This document shows, piece by piece, positions 9,196 to 17,991 of a stretch of DNA of 64,000 nucleotides; the first letter of the stretch is position 1, and every line of letters begins with the position of its first letter. The stretch spans positions 1,836-65,835 of the IMG/VR virus record IMGVR_UViG_3300050120_000237. The stretch is one strand, 5' to 3'. The notes under the pieces were generated by a model that was given only the letters and a program-made list of their open reading frames with translations, had not been told where the DNA came from and did no database searches. The stretch is from a virus (taxonomy: Duplodnaviria; Caudoviricetes). The translations under genes and the position numbers were made by a program.

Positions 9196-9330
9196 TTAGG
9201 TGAATTGTTCTGGATACCAGACGCGACCGCATTGCTTGCATGTGGCCTCAACGTGGTATGGGCCGATGACTTTTTCGTGCACCGGGCCACGGTGAAAGAT
9301 GGTGCAGACAAAGGCTTTCCAAAATCGCAT
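9196..9330 (-). CDS. Small Cys/His protein
   Basis: Manual ORF MRFWKAFVCTIFH...CKQCGRVW, AGGGA RBS. Confidence 0.45.
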   Translation of the reverse strand: MRFWKAFVCTIFHRGPVHEKVIGPYHVEATCKQCGRVWYPEQFT

Positions 9331-9345
9331 CTGGCGTCCCTTTGT

Positions 9346-9549
9346 TTACTGCGCGCGACCGGACGGCATGTCCTGCGCGCCCACCGACCGCATCATGGCC
9401 AGCACGTCTTCGTGCGCGCGGTCGCGTTCTTCCGCCGTGTCGAACAGCAGGTTGTCGTGCAAGCGCCGGTCGACATAGACGATAATCCAGAAGCCGTCCG
9501 CGTCGTCGCGTTTGATCTGTTCCACCATCACCTTGCCGTCGCCGGTCAT
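9346..9549 (-). CDS. Hypothetical protein
   Basis: 67-aa ORF, ATGA-coupled. Confidence 0.55.
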   Translation of the reverse strand: MTGDGKVMVEQIKRDDADGFWIIVYVDRRLHDNLLFDTAEERDRAHEDVLAMMRSVGAQDMPSGRAQ

Positions 9550-10067
9550 AGCTGGCGCATCCTTGGTGCTGGCGCTGCGGTCAGGTTCTGGATTGCCGCT
9601 TCCAATGCGCGGGTGCGGTTTTCCCGGCGGTCGTGCAACAGGTCGGCCTCAATGGCGAACTGTTCGCCGACGTGAGACACGAAGCCGTCGGCATACATGG
9701 CCTGTATCTTGGCAATGCGCATGGCCGTGCTTGCGGTGACGCGGTGCAGCGACACCGGAATGCTGGAACCGGAACCTGACTGATGGATGATGGCGCGCAG
9801 CATGTCGCCGCCTTGGTCCTGCGCCGCAGCCACGCAGTTTGCGCCATAGGTGTGGAAAGCGACGGCCACGCGGTGCGCCCATTCTGCTGTGGTGCTGCCC
9901 GGGGGCGCCGACATGTCGCCCAGCACATAAAGCTGCCGGGCTTTGATGCCGACCGCGACAATGCCGCAGCCGGCGGTTTTATACATGGGCGGTTCGACAC
10001 CCACCACAATGCGGTCAAGCGGCGGGGGCAGGTCGACGCGGTTGTGACTAATCCACCGGGCCTGCAT
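9546..10067 (-). CDS. Stand-alone terminase-large-subunit C-terminal nuclease-like domain, catalytic residues substituted
   Basis: LDRIVVGVEPP, CGIVAVG, YVLGD, EWAHRV, QGGDML, C-terminal PRMRQL match the GTA-type TerL C-terminus. Confidence 0.75.
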   Translation of the reverse strand: MQARWISHNRVDLPPPLDRIVVGVEPPMYKTAGCGIVAVGIKARQLYVLGDMSAPPGSTTAEWAHRVAVAFHTYGANCVAAAQDQGGDMLRAIIHQSGSGSSIPVSLHRVTASTAMRIAKIQAMYADGFVSHVGEQFAIEADLLHDRRENRTRALEAAIQNLTAAPAPRMRQL

Positions 10068-10462
10068 CAGCCGCCACCAACGCGCGTGGCGGCTTCCAGC
10101 GCTTCCTGCTGCTTGCCGAAAGCATAGGCCGACTTCATGGCGTTAAATTCTTCGGGCGTCGCCTCGCGCGTGGTGGTCTGCTTGAAAATCTGGTGCAGCA
10201 CGTCGAACAGCAAGATGCCTCGCGGGCGCATGGCATACAGCTTGTCGCGCAGTTCGCCCACGGGCATGTCGCCGGCTGTCATAACCAGCATGGCAGCGTT
10301 GGGCAGTATGTTGTCGCCGAACAGGTTGCGGATTTCGTCTTGGGTGATGGGGCCTGTTGGGCGCGCGGGTTCTTCCTTGGGCTTTGGCGCCGGCACAATC
10401 TTGGGGCGCTGCTGCGGCGCTGCTTTCTTGGCGGCTGCCTTGCGGGTGCTTTTCTTGGTCAC
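10067..10462 (-). CDS. Hypothetical protein with Lys/Ala-rich N-terminus
   Basis: 131-aa ORF, coupled. Confidence 0.6.
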   Translation of the reverse strand: MTKKSTRKAAAKKAAPQQRPKIVPAPKPKEEPARPTGPITQDEIRNLFGDNILPNAAMLVMTAGDMPVGELRDKLYAMRPRGILLFDVLHQIFKQTTTREATPEEFNAMKSAYAFGKQQEALEAATRVGGG

Positions 10463-10743
10463 GGCTTTTCCTTTTCGATGATGTAGACGAACTGCGGCTT
10501 GTCGCCAATCACAAGAAACCGCGCGTTGGGGTCATAATACTTTTTTCCTTTGATCCACGCGGTAAGGCCATCTTGCCCGTCTTCGTCGATCACTTCGAAC
10601 CAATCGACATTGGTAAAGATGATGGCTTTGCCTGCACCGAAGCAATAGCCATCGGTGAGGTTGCGCGGCATGCGATAGATGCGCACGAAGGTGCGGGGCT
10701 TTTCTGCATCGCGCAAATAAGTAGGCGTTGCGCCGATGCTCAT
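10459..10743 (-). CDS. Hypothetical protein
   Basis: 94-aa ORF, coupled. Confidence 0.6.
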   Translation of the reverse strand: MSIGATPTYLRDAEKPRTFVRIYRMPRNLTDGYCFGAGKAIIFTNVDWFEVIDEDGQDGLTAWIKGKKYYDPNARFLVIGDKPQFVYIIEKEKP

Positions 10744-11141
10744 ATGACCCGCACCGTTTCTTCCACCACTTCGTCGGTCTGCGTGCGCTTCAATACGCGC
10801 ACTTCCATTTTTGTGTTTGTGCTGCGGTAAAGTTCAAGCGTGTCCTGCGCGAACGCCCGCCATTCTTTCGGTAGCTGTGCGGCATTGGCAGGGTCTCTCA
10901 TCACCTTTTTAAAGATTTCGATGCGCTCTATGGCGGCGTAAAGGTCAACCATTTTTCCGTCTGGCAGTTCAGACCACGGCGCTGTCTTTTCCTTCGTCAC
11001 ACACCGGCCAACAACCACACACACCACCGTGCCCTTGGTGGTTTCGCGCAGCTTCGCAAGCGCAGCCTTGGCAATGGCCTTGGACTTTTCGTCACCCTGC
11101 GCGACGATTAACGACAGCCCGGCTTCCAGAAAGGCACTCAC
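10740..11141 (-). CDS. Hypothetical protein
   Basis: 133-aa ORF, coupled. Confidence 0.55.
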   Translation of the reverse strand: MSAFLEAGLSLIVAQGDEKSKAIAKAALAKLRETTKGTVVCVVVGRCVTKEKTAPWSELPDGKMVDLYAAIERIEIFKKVMRDPANAAQLPKEWRAFAQDTLELYRSTNTKMEVRVLKRTQTDEVVEETVRVI

Positions 11142-12391
11142 TTGACGGCACCGCAGGTGCAGCGGTGCTTGTGCCTAAGCTGGTGTTCGCAGTTGGTGGC
11201 GCATTCGTCCTTGTGCCGCAGGGGTGGGTTGGCGCGCAGTTTGGCGTTGAAGGCGTCGAGGTCGGCCACGGCTTTCTGCAAGGCTTCCAGCACGCATTCG
11301 CCTTCGTATGTGCGGTCTGCCCATTCCGTCATGTGGCCGTTGAACGTCACGATAGCTTCCGGGCCCGGGCCAAAGTCCGGCTTGTCGCAAATAAGCGTGA
11401 TGCTGTCGCCCTCGCCTTCGCGCAGCTTGTTTATCGCCAGCCATTCGTGCGCCTGATACTCGCGGTCGAACATGTCGATGATGGCCTGCGCGCGGCTGGT
11501 GCGGTTTTCGCGGTTCAACACAAAGTTGGGGTCGAACATGACGGCGACGGCTTCGGCGTTGGTGCGAAACCCGGGCGCACCGATCTGGTCGGCGTGCATG
11601 GGCGCTGGCTTTTCGCGCGTGCGCGTGGCCTGCGGGCGCTGCGTCGGCTTGCCGTCGGCGGATATCTCTTTCAGCAGGTGGCAAATATCGGACACGGTGG
11701 CCGACCACGACGGGTTGTCGTGATGCTTGGCGATTTGGTTCAACAGGGTGCCCACGGTGATGGGCTTTTTGCCGTCGGTCATGTCGCGCACGAACTCTGG
11801 CTTTTCCGCCCACTTTTCGCCCACGATGGAGTCGCGGCTTATGGTGCGCGATGCCACGCAAACAAGGTCGTGCAGGTAAGTGGCAACAGCCACTGCGCGG
11901 GTGTCGCCTGCTTTGCGCGCTTCGTCGGTAAAGCGGGACATTTCCGCGCGCAGCCCACCCATGATTTCTTCGCGGCGCGGTGCTTCCGGGTCTTGCAGCA
12001 ACAGCGTGGCGGCGATTGAACCGTCTTGCCTTTTCAGGTCGATGCTGTCGCCCAGCATCACCTGCGCCGCGCGCGGCGTCTTGGCGACGGCTTCCAGCAG
12101 ATTATCCAGCGCGTCTTCGGTGCGCTTGAACACATGGGGGGGAACAACCCAACCGAGGGCACCGGGGATTTTCTGGCGCAGGCGCAGGTATGCTGCGGAC
12201 AATGCGTGTTCATCAGCCAGCAGCTTTTTGTAAGGCTCGGTTTCTTCTGGGCGCGGCATGGCGTCGAGTGCGGCGCGTGCCAGTTTTTCGGCGTTGTCCG
12301 GTGACCATGTGCCGCCCCATATTCCGGTTGCGGTCTTTTGGAGGGCTTCCGCGACGGCGTTTACCGCTTCACGGTACTGGAAGATGGCCAT
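11138..12391 (-). CDS. Hypothetical multi-domain protein
   Basis: AAGGA RBS before MAIFQYRE; C-terminal Cys/His cluster. Confidence 0.65.
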   Translation of the reverse strand: MAIFQYREAVNAVAEALQKTATGIWGGTWSPDNAEKLARAALDAMPRPEETEPYKKLLADEHALSAAYLRLRQKIPGALGWVVPPHVFKRTEDALDNLLEAVAKTPRAAQVMLGDSIDLKRQDGSIAATLLLQDPEAPRREEIMGGLRAEMSRFTDEARKAGDTRAVAVATYLHDLVCVASRTISRDSIVGEKWAEKPEFVRDMTDGKKPITVGTLLNQIAKHHDNPSWSATVSDICHLLKEISADGKPTQRPQATRTREKPAPMHADQIGAPGFRTNAEAVAVMFDPNFVLNRENRTSRAQAIIDMFDREYQAHEWLAINKLREGEGDSITLICDKPDFGPGPEAIVTFNGHMTEWADRTYEGECVLEALQKAVADLDAFNAKLRANPPLRHKDECATNCEHQLRHKHRCTCGAVK

Positions 12392-12651
12392 GGTGCTGTT
12401 CCTTGTTGCTTTGCGGCGCATACGGCACGACGCAGGTCTGATTTGTCAACAAAGTAAACAGCGTCTGGGTAAGCGTAAACAGTGGAAACGGCCCCCGGGT
12501 CGTCCATGTTGCCCAGTTCGAAGGTGACGGAAAAGACGGGCCGCAGGGCGTCGTCGAAGCGGCGCCGGGCCAGAAACCCATGATTTCTGCGGAAACGGCG
12601 GGCCTGCACCATCAGCCACGCCCACCGCAGGTCGTCCAGAAACTGACGCAT
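12361..12651 (-). CDS. Hypothetical protein
   Basis: 96-aa ORF; overlaps the promoter of the next gene. Confidence 0.4.
   Translation of the reverse strand: MRQFLDDLRWAWLMVQARRFRRNHGFLARRRFDDALRPVFSVTFELGNMDDPGAVSTVYAYPDAVYFVDKSDLRRAVCAAKQQGTAPWPSSSTVKR
12445..12459. promoter_or_regulatory. Operator-like palindrome overlapping a minus-strand TTGACA
   Basis: GTCAAC-AAA-GTAAAC. Confidence 0.55.
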
Positions 12652-12653
12652 TA

Positions 12654-12953
12654 TCAGGCCCGGGTCTTGAAGCGCTGGTCGGCAAGGAAGGTTTCGAGGG
12701 CCAGCAGGCCCGCCAGACTTACGGTGTGTTCTTGGTATTTCGCACCGGACGGGTGGGTGCCGAACACCCCGTTGGGTTCAATCCATCCCTCCTTCACCAA
12801 GGCGTTGAAGGTTGGGGGGTTCCAAGGCGGTGGCTTCCCCCCTTCCCTGCCTTCAAACGTGATTTGAAGCGCCTCTCCTTCGCCGAAAAGGCGCGCAATC
12901 ATTTTTGCCTGCGTCAACGACGGCACCTTGGATTTGAAACGCCGGCTGGCCAT
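12654..12953 (-). CDS. Hypothetical protein (wHTH-like)
   Basis: TFNALVKEGWIE...VSLAG pattern. Confidence 0.55.
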   Translation of the reverse strand: MASRRFKSKVPSLTQAKMIARLFGEGEALQITFEGREGGKPPPWNPPTFNALVKEGWIEPNGVFGTHPSGAKYQEHTVSLAGLLALETFLADQRFKTRA

Positions 12954-13216
12954 CAGGCTTCCTTGTTGTCCGCAAGGAATTTGGCCTCGGCTTCTGCCTT
13001 GCTGGTCGCGCGCGCGGTCGTCCAGTTCAGCAGGCAGGTTTCGTCGCAGAAGTGAACCGGCGGCAGAACTTCGCCAGCATCGTGGCGGGGCGCGGTGCCT
13101 GGTTTCATGCCGACGACTTCGGACATGACGTGATAGCGCCACGCACGGCCATTGCCTTTGCTGATATCCCTGCCGCACTTCGGTGCGTCGCAGGTCGTGA
13201 TTTGCTGTGTGCCCAT
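12953..13216 (-). CDS. Small zinc-finger protein
   Basis: TCDAPKC...HFCDETC. Confidence 0.6.
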   Translation of the reverse strand: MGTQQITTCDAPKCGRDISKGNGRAWRYHVMSEVVGMKPGTAPRHDAGEVLPPVHFCDETCLLNWTTARATSKAEAEAKFLADNKEA

Positions 13217-13220
13217 GTTG

Positions 13221-13412
13221 TCAGTCTCCGGTGGTGAGGGTTTCGGCGGTGCGCTTCAACCTTATAGCGCGCGCCATGGTGTTGTCGCGGGCGACCCCGT
13301 GTTTCATGTCGGTGGCGCGCTTGTTCAGCTTTGTGGCGACCGCATCGAGGGCGCGCGCAATCTCGGGAATGTCCACCGTGCACACGGTGATGGTGGTTTC
13401 GGGCTTTCTCAC
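13221..13412 (-). CDS. Hypothetical protein
   Basis: GTG start overlapping upstream stop. Confidence 0.45.
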   Translation of the reverse strand: MRKPETTITVCTVDIPEIARALDAVATKLNKRATDMKHGVARDNTMARAIRLKRTAETLTTGD

Positions 13413-13774
13413 TGGTGGTCGCTGTCGCTGGGGGCAAAGGCGGCATTGATGTTGGCCGCGTTCCGCTCCATGGCGGTCTTGGCGCACAGTTCGAGGTTGG
13501 CGAGAATTGCGGCGAACTCGTTTGCGCCAAGGTCGCTGCGCATTTGGTCGCCAAGGTCGCGTGTGGACTTGTCGGCCTTGGTCAGAAGTTCGCGGGCGAC
13601 TATTCGGCCGGCCCCGGGCGGGAACAGGCAGCGTTGCCCGCCGGCCTGCATTGCGCCCACCCATTTGTTGACCTTGGGCTCAAACACCACGCCAAAGGTG
13701 ATGGCGCCGCCGGTCTGCTGGGTGGCGAAGTGCAGGAACTGCTTGATGCCATCGCGGGGTGACAGGTCGGTCAA
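13409..13774 (-). CDS. Hypothetical protein
   Basis: TTG start overlapping upstream stop. Confidence 0.5.
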   Translation of the reverse strand: MTDLSPRDGIKQFLHFATQQTGGAITFGVVFEPKVNKWVGAMQAGGQRCLFPPGAGRIVARELLTKADKSTRDLGDQMRSDLGANEFAAILANLELCAKTAMERNAANINAAFAPSDSDHQ

Positions 13775-14442
13775 TTCATCACCATTTTGTAGCGGGCCTG
13801 TTTGATACCCAAGGCCGCGTCGCCGCGCCAGTGCGCACTGACCAGTTGAAGCTGGCCCAGCCGGATGCGCAGGTGCGCACGGCAGAAGTGCAGCGCACGC
13901 TGCCCGGTCAGGTGGGCTTCGTGGTCGTCTTCGGAAATGTCCGGCGGCGTGACGTGCAGCCTGATTTCGTGCCACGCATGGACCGCAAAGCGCCCGCCCA
14001 TGGACCGCAGCAGCCGGCGTTCCAGCCCTGCATGCGGCATGTGCTGCGTGCGACCAATAACGCGGGGCGTGTTTATGAAAGGCAGCAGCGACGCAATAAA
14101 AACTTCGGTCTTTGCTCCCAGTGTCGGGACGCCAGCAAAGCGATATTCAAAGGCCATATAATTGCCGTCCGACGTTGACAGCACGCCTATGCGTCCAATC
14201 TCTTTGTCCTTCCATTCCAACCAAGTTTTTGGCGCCGGAAGAAAGGCGCGGGCTTCGACAACAGCCTTGCGCGATGCTGGCGTGCTGGTGTTCCACAATT
14301 CGGTTGCCGCATCACTAATTTCTGTGCACTCGAAACAATGAACGTCGTCCAGCATGCCCAGCAAACCGACTTGGTCGTTGAACGTGCGCTCGCTCTTGGG
14401 CAGCGTGAGTTCGCGGGCGATGCGGTGGAAAAGCGGGGTCAT
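13771..14442 (-). CDS. Conserved phage hypothetical protein
   Basis: FLPAPKTWLEW; C-terminal HFCRAHLR...VSAHWRGD motif. Confidence 0.65.
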   Translation of the reverse strand: MTPLFHRIARELTLPKSERTFNDQVGLLGMLDDVHCFECTEISDAATELWNTSTPASRKAVVEARAFLPAPKTWLEWKDKEIGRIGVLSTSDGNYMAFEYRFAGVPTLGAKTEVFIASLLPFINTPRVIGRTQHMPHAGLERRLLRSMGGRFAVHAWHEIRLHVTPPDISEDDHEAHLTGQRALHFCRAHLRIRLGQLQLVSAHWRGDAALGIKQARYKMVMN

Positions 14443-15017
14443 GCGTGACGGCCCACCTTTTCGCGGCGTTCGGATTCCTGCACCCACGCATCCACGTTGG
14501 ACCAGTCGCCGCTGCGCGCGGTTGGATCCCCTTCGGCGCGCACGGTGCCGTGGCCATCGCAGGCGTCGCATTTTTCGATGCTGTAGGTAACGGTTGCCGA
14601 CGGCAGGTCGCCGCGATTGCCGAACAGCGGTTCGTCCTTGTAGGCGCGATAATTGCCCATGCCTTCGCATTTCTTGCAGGGCACCCAGATTGGGAAAAGG
14701 TCGGCCTCCTGCATCAGCGGGTCCAGCCACACCAGCTTTAGACCGTTGCGCTTCAAGAACTGGTCGACCTGTTCGTCGGTGGTCATGGTCGGTTCTGGGC
14801 GGCGTTCGGTCAGGCGGTAAAACGCCTGGGCCATCGCGCGCATGTCCATGCCAAGCGGCGGATAATACTGCGCCAGCATCTTGCGGGTGACCCGGTAAGC
14901 CTGGTCGCGGCGCATGGCGGTGCAATCGGTTTCGAACTTGTGGCGCTTTTCCAACACGCGGCTGTCGAGGCGTTCGAAATACGGCAAGGCGGCTTCGACT
15001 GCGCGGCGTGACGTCAT
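14439..15017 (-). CDS. Protein with DnaJ-like zinc finger
   Basis: CKKCEGMG and CDACDGHG repeats. Confidence 0.6.
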   Translation of the reverse strand: MTSRRAVEAALPYFERLDSRVLEKRHKFETDCTAMRRDQAYRVTRKMLAQYYPPLGMDMRAMAQAFYRLTERRPEPTMTTDEQVDQFLKRNGLKLVWLDPLMQEADLFPIWVPCKKCEGMGNYRAYKDEPLFGNRGDLPSATVTYSIEKCDACDGHGTVRAEGDPTARSGDWSNVDAWVQESERREKVGRHA

Positions 15018-15454
15018 TGTGGTGCCCTGAGTTTGACCATGGAAAGGCAGCGGTTGGCTGCGGTGTTCAGTATGGCGTTGATTTCTTCTGTCCGGTCAAC
15101 CGACCAGCTGCGCGGGTCGCCCAGTTCGGCCGCAAAATCCACAGGCTTGCCGGTGTTGCCGTCAAGCAACGGTTCGTGCCGGCCAAGGCAATTGGGCACC
15201 ATGACGTGCACGATGTTGACGCGCCGGCCCGGGTTTGGGCTGGTGCGCTGGTCGATACGCACGCCGCACGGGGCTGGCTTTGGCTTGGGCTTGCGCGGGT
15301 TCACTTCGTGCATGGTCTTGTTGGATTTCCAGTAGGTGCCGTCGTAATAGCCGCCTTCGGCAAAACCTTTGCCGTGCACGCGGGCGTACATTTCGCGCAG
15401 CATTTCTGAGGTCAGGCCGGGGCCTTCTGTCCAGTTTTGGCTGCCGTTGGTCAT
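15014..15454 (-). CDS. Hypothetical protein
   Basis: 146-aa ORF, coupled. Confidence 0.55.
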   Translation of the reverse strand: MTNGSQNWTEGPGLTSEMLREMYARVHGKGFAEGGYYDGTYWKSNKTMHEVNPRKPKPKPAPCGVRIDQRTSPNPGRRVNIVHVMVPNCLGRHEPLLDGNTGKPVDFAAELGDPRSWSVDRTEEINAILNTAANRCLSMVKLRAPQ

Positions 15455-15717
15455 GGCAGCGTGCTGCTTCCTGTCACCAAAAGCGGTGCGACTTCGACGT
15501 GGCTGGTGTCCCAGCCATCGCGCACCATGACGTCATACAGCGCCTGATGGATCACCAGCCGGTTGGGTGGAAAGGCGGCGTTCTGGGCCGCTACCAATTC
15601 CAAGAACGGGTCGTAGTCCCACGGCACCCAATTGAGGGGCGCCGCCGCTGCCGGCAGCTTGATGGGCGGCGCAAAGGCCGTGCCCAGCAGACCTGCCAGC
15701 AGCGCGCGCCGGTTCAT
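15451..15717 (-). CDS. Small protein with twin-arginine-like N-terminus
   Basis: MNRRALLAGLLGTAFA. Confidence 0.55.
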   Translation of the reverse strand: MNRRALLAGLLGTAFAPPIKLPAAAAPLNWVPWDYDPFLELVAAQNAAFPPNRLVIHQALYDVMVRDGWDTSHVEVAPLLVTGSSTLP

Positions 15718-16073
15718 TTGTGGGCCGAATACGGCATGCGAAACAGCACGGCGAAGCGGATATGCAAATCCTGCCCGCGCGCGCGGCCCCATGCGACGGC
15801 ACGGTCGATGCCGAATATGCGCGTGAAGCGGGCGAGGTTCTTTTCGCCGCAGTCGATTTTGCGACGGCCCGGTGTTTTCTTGTGGCCTGCGATGTAGGGG
15901 CGGCGATAGGCGCGGCGGTAGGGTTCATGCTTCCAGTCGTCAACCACGCAATCCATCACGACGCCATCCAGCGCGGCGCGAATGTCGGCAGCGATGGCAG
16001 CCGGCGTGCGGCCTTTGTTTTTGGGGTCGCGCAGAATTGGGGCAACGATGCGCAGGCTTTTGTGGTGGGCCAT
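15714..16073 (-). CDS. Basic hypothetical protein
   Basis: GAGG RBS, MAHHKSLR... Confidence 0.55.
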   Translation of the reverse strand: MAHHKSLRIVAPILRDPKNKGRTPAAIAADIRAALDGVVMDCVVDDWKHEPYRRAYRRPYIAGHKKTPGRRKIDCGEKNLARFTRIFGIDRAVAWGRARGQDLHIRFAVLFRMPYSAHK

Positions 16074-16093
16074 GGTGATTCCTCGGGTGTTGG

Positions 16094-16273
16094 TCAGTAA
16101 CAGGTATCGCAAGAACAGTGGTTCCTGCCACCACTTTTGCAATGTTCTGATGCGGTGTGGCTGGGCATGGGCGACTGCGTGCTTGGGTTGGCGCGCTCTT
16201 TGTCGCAATAGGCGCACTCGCCCGGCGGCGCCATCCGGCCTTTGAACGGGGGCTTTGGCTTTTCGGCTTCCAT
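16094..16273 (-). CDS. Small Cys-rich protein
   Basis: CAYC...HCKSGGRNHCSCDTCY. Confidence 0.6.
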   Translation of the reverse strand: MEAEKPKPPFKGRMAPPGECAYCDKERANPSTQSPMPSHTASEHCKSGGRNHCSCDTCY

Positions 16274-16563
16274 CAGTTGGCCTTTTCGCCTGTTAGCTGC
16301 CGGCTCTTGGCGAACAGCGCGACCACCGCCGCTTTGATCTGCCCGGGAAAGCAACCACCGCAGCATTGGATTTGTTCTGCGATTTCCTCGATCGCATAGG
16401 CGGCACCAATGCTGGTGGCGTCGTGCAATTGGCTTTCAATGCTGTAGTTGTCGCCATGCTCTTTCAGCGATATGGCAAAGACTTGGTCGACCTCGCCCGC
16501 TTCGATCTTGCGCGCGAGTTCGTGCAGGTCTGCGGCTGCTTCCGCTCTTGTTTTCTGGGTCAC
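16273..16563 (-). CDS. Hypothetical protein
   Basis: GTG start, coupled at both ends. Confidence 0.5.
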   Translation of the reverse strand: MTQKTRAEAAADLHELARKIEAGEVDQVFAISLKEHGDNYSIESQLHDATSIGAAYAIEEIAEQIQCCGGCFPGQIKAAVVALFAKSRQLTGEKAN

Positions 16564-16856
16564 GGCATTTTGCGCGTGATGGGATTTTCGCGCCCTTTCT
16601 CGATGCGGTGCATGTCCATGACCACATACACGACGGTTTCGCTGTAGGCATACGCGCCGCCGCATGTGCAGTTGCCGGCCTGCGGTGGCGTGGTCAGCAT
16701 TTGCGTGTGGATGCCGCAGTTCGACAGGTGCACGCACTCGCCTGCGAGGTTGAACGTGCGGTCGCCCCATTGCAGGCCGGGCGGCGGTTCTTTGTACGGC
16801 GGCAGGTCGAAGCTGGCGACAAAGCCGCCGATGGCGGTGAATAGTTCGGCACGCAT
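16560..16856 (-). CDS. Hypothetical protein
   Basis: AAGGA RBS; H..NC...NCTCG motif. Confidence 0.55.
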   Translation of the reverse strand: MRAELFTAIGGFVASFDLPPYKEPPPGLQWGDRTFNLAGECVHLSNCGIHTQMLTTPPQAGNCTCGGAYAYSETVVYVVMDMHRIEKGRENPITRKMP

Positions 16857-16905
16857 GGTGTGGTCCTTACCTGCTTTTGTACCCACGCACGCGCGGGGGT
16901 TCTGG

Positions 16906-16920
16906 TTCAACAAAGTAGAC
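16906..16920. promoter_or_regulatory. Operator-like palindrome / -35 element
   Basis: TTCAAC-AAA-GTAGAC in intergenic gap. Confidence 0.5.
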
Positions 16921-17027
16921 CATGCCGCGACAGCGCGGGCATGGGTAGTGCCGGGTATTGCGTGCGCGCTTGCCTTTCCAGCCACAGGCGCACGCGCATT
17001 TGTATTTTGGCACCCAGTGACGCGCCA

Positions 17028-17249
17028 TTATGGTTTGCGCCTGCGCTTTTTCTTTTTCTTCGGTTGCGGCTTTTCAACGTGAAGCATCACCGCAACCTCA
17101 TTCGAAGACTGGAAAAGCGTCCACTTATCGCCGGGCCCGGTGATTTCTCGCGCGCGGTTGGTGAACTCTATGGCCACCAGCGTGCCTATTAGCCGACCGC
17201 CAGCATATAGCTTGCCATTGGCGGTTTTGATTGATGGCAGCCTTTTCAT
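17028..17249 (-). CDS. Small basic protein
   Basis: 73 aa with KKKKKRRRK tail. Confidence 0.5.
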   Translation of the reverse strand: MKRLPSIKTANGKLYAGGRLIGTLVAIEFTNRAREITGPGDKWTLFQSSNEVAVMLHVEKPQPKKKKKRRRKP

Positions 17250-17509
17250 TGCACGGTTTCGCTTTCGCGGTCGGACTTAATCAGCGACGCGATAACGTCG
17301 CCATAATACTTGCCGATTTCTTCCGGTGTGTCGCCCGGGTGGCGCTGCACGATGATGGCAACGAAGCCCATCACCATGCCCATTGCCAGAGGGTCGCCGG
17401 CTGTCGGGTCTTTCTGATAGCGGTCAATGAACACCTGCGACGTTGCCGCCGAAGTCTCTTGCATCAGACTTACATGCTCAGTCGTGAAGTGCAGCTTTTG
17501 AAGCGTCAT
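17246..17509 (-). CDS. Hypothetical protein
   Basis: 87-aa ORF, coupled. Confidence 0.55.
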   Translation of the reverse strand: MTLQKLHFTTEHVSLMQETSAATSQVFIDRYQKDPTAGDPLAMGMVMGFVAIIVQRHPGDTPEEIGKYYGDVIASLIKSDRESETVQ

Positions 17510-17853
17510 GGGTAGTCCTCGCTGAAATGGTCGTGGGGGAAACTCTCGCGCGGCAGCCCGCAGTAATCGCAGCAGTCGCCATCACCACCGCGATGGCGCG
17601 GTGTTAGCTGGTGGCCTGTTTCACCGTCGGCATGTTCTGCGCCTGCCTCGCAGCAGTCTGGGCAGATTGCGTTGGTGTGGTCGTGCGGCCACCACGCGAT
17701 GATGGCCGACCGCGACCGGCACAGGCGGCACTTGACGTCGACCACGGTGTGGCGGGGCTGGTTGCACGACGGCAGGTAACCGTGCTTTGCGAAAGCGCGC
17801 ACGGTGTCGCGCGGCAGATACCACCGCATGCGTGGATATGGCTGCGCGAACAT
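17506..17853 (-). CDS. Cys-rich hypothetical protein
   Basis: CRLC, CPDCC, CCDYCG. Confidence 0.55.
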   Translation of the reverse strand: MFAQPYPRMRWYLPRDTVRAFAKHGYLPSCNQPRHTVVDVKCRLCRSRSAIIAWWPHDHTNAICPDCCEAGAEHADGETGHQLTPRHRGGDGDCCDYCGLPRESFPHDHFSEDYP

Positions 17854-17990
17854 CAGCCGAACAGTTGCTGCACGGTGTAGGCCACGCCGATGATGGCGAA
17901 CGTGGCGACGACGCCCACGCCAAACCAGAACCACGCGGTGGCGGCGGGCATGGGCGTGAAGTCTTCGAAGTCGTCTTCGTGTCCGCCCAT
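17853..17990 (-). CDS. Small single-TM protein
   Basis: AWFWFGVGVVATFAIIGVAY helix. Confidence 0.55.
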   Translation of the reverse strand: MGGHEDDFEDFTPMPAATAWFWFGVGVVATFAIIGVAYTVQQLFG

Positions 17991-17991
17991 G

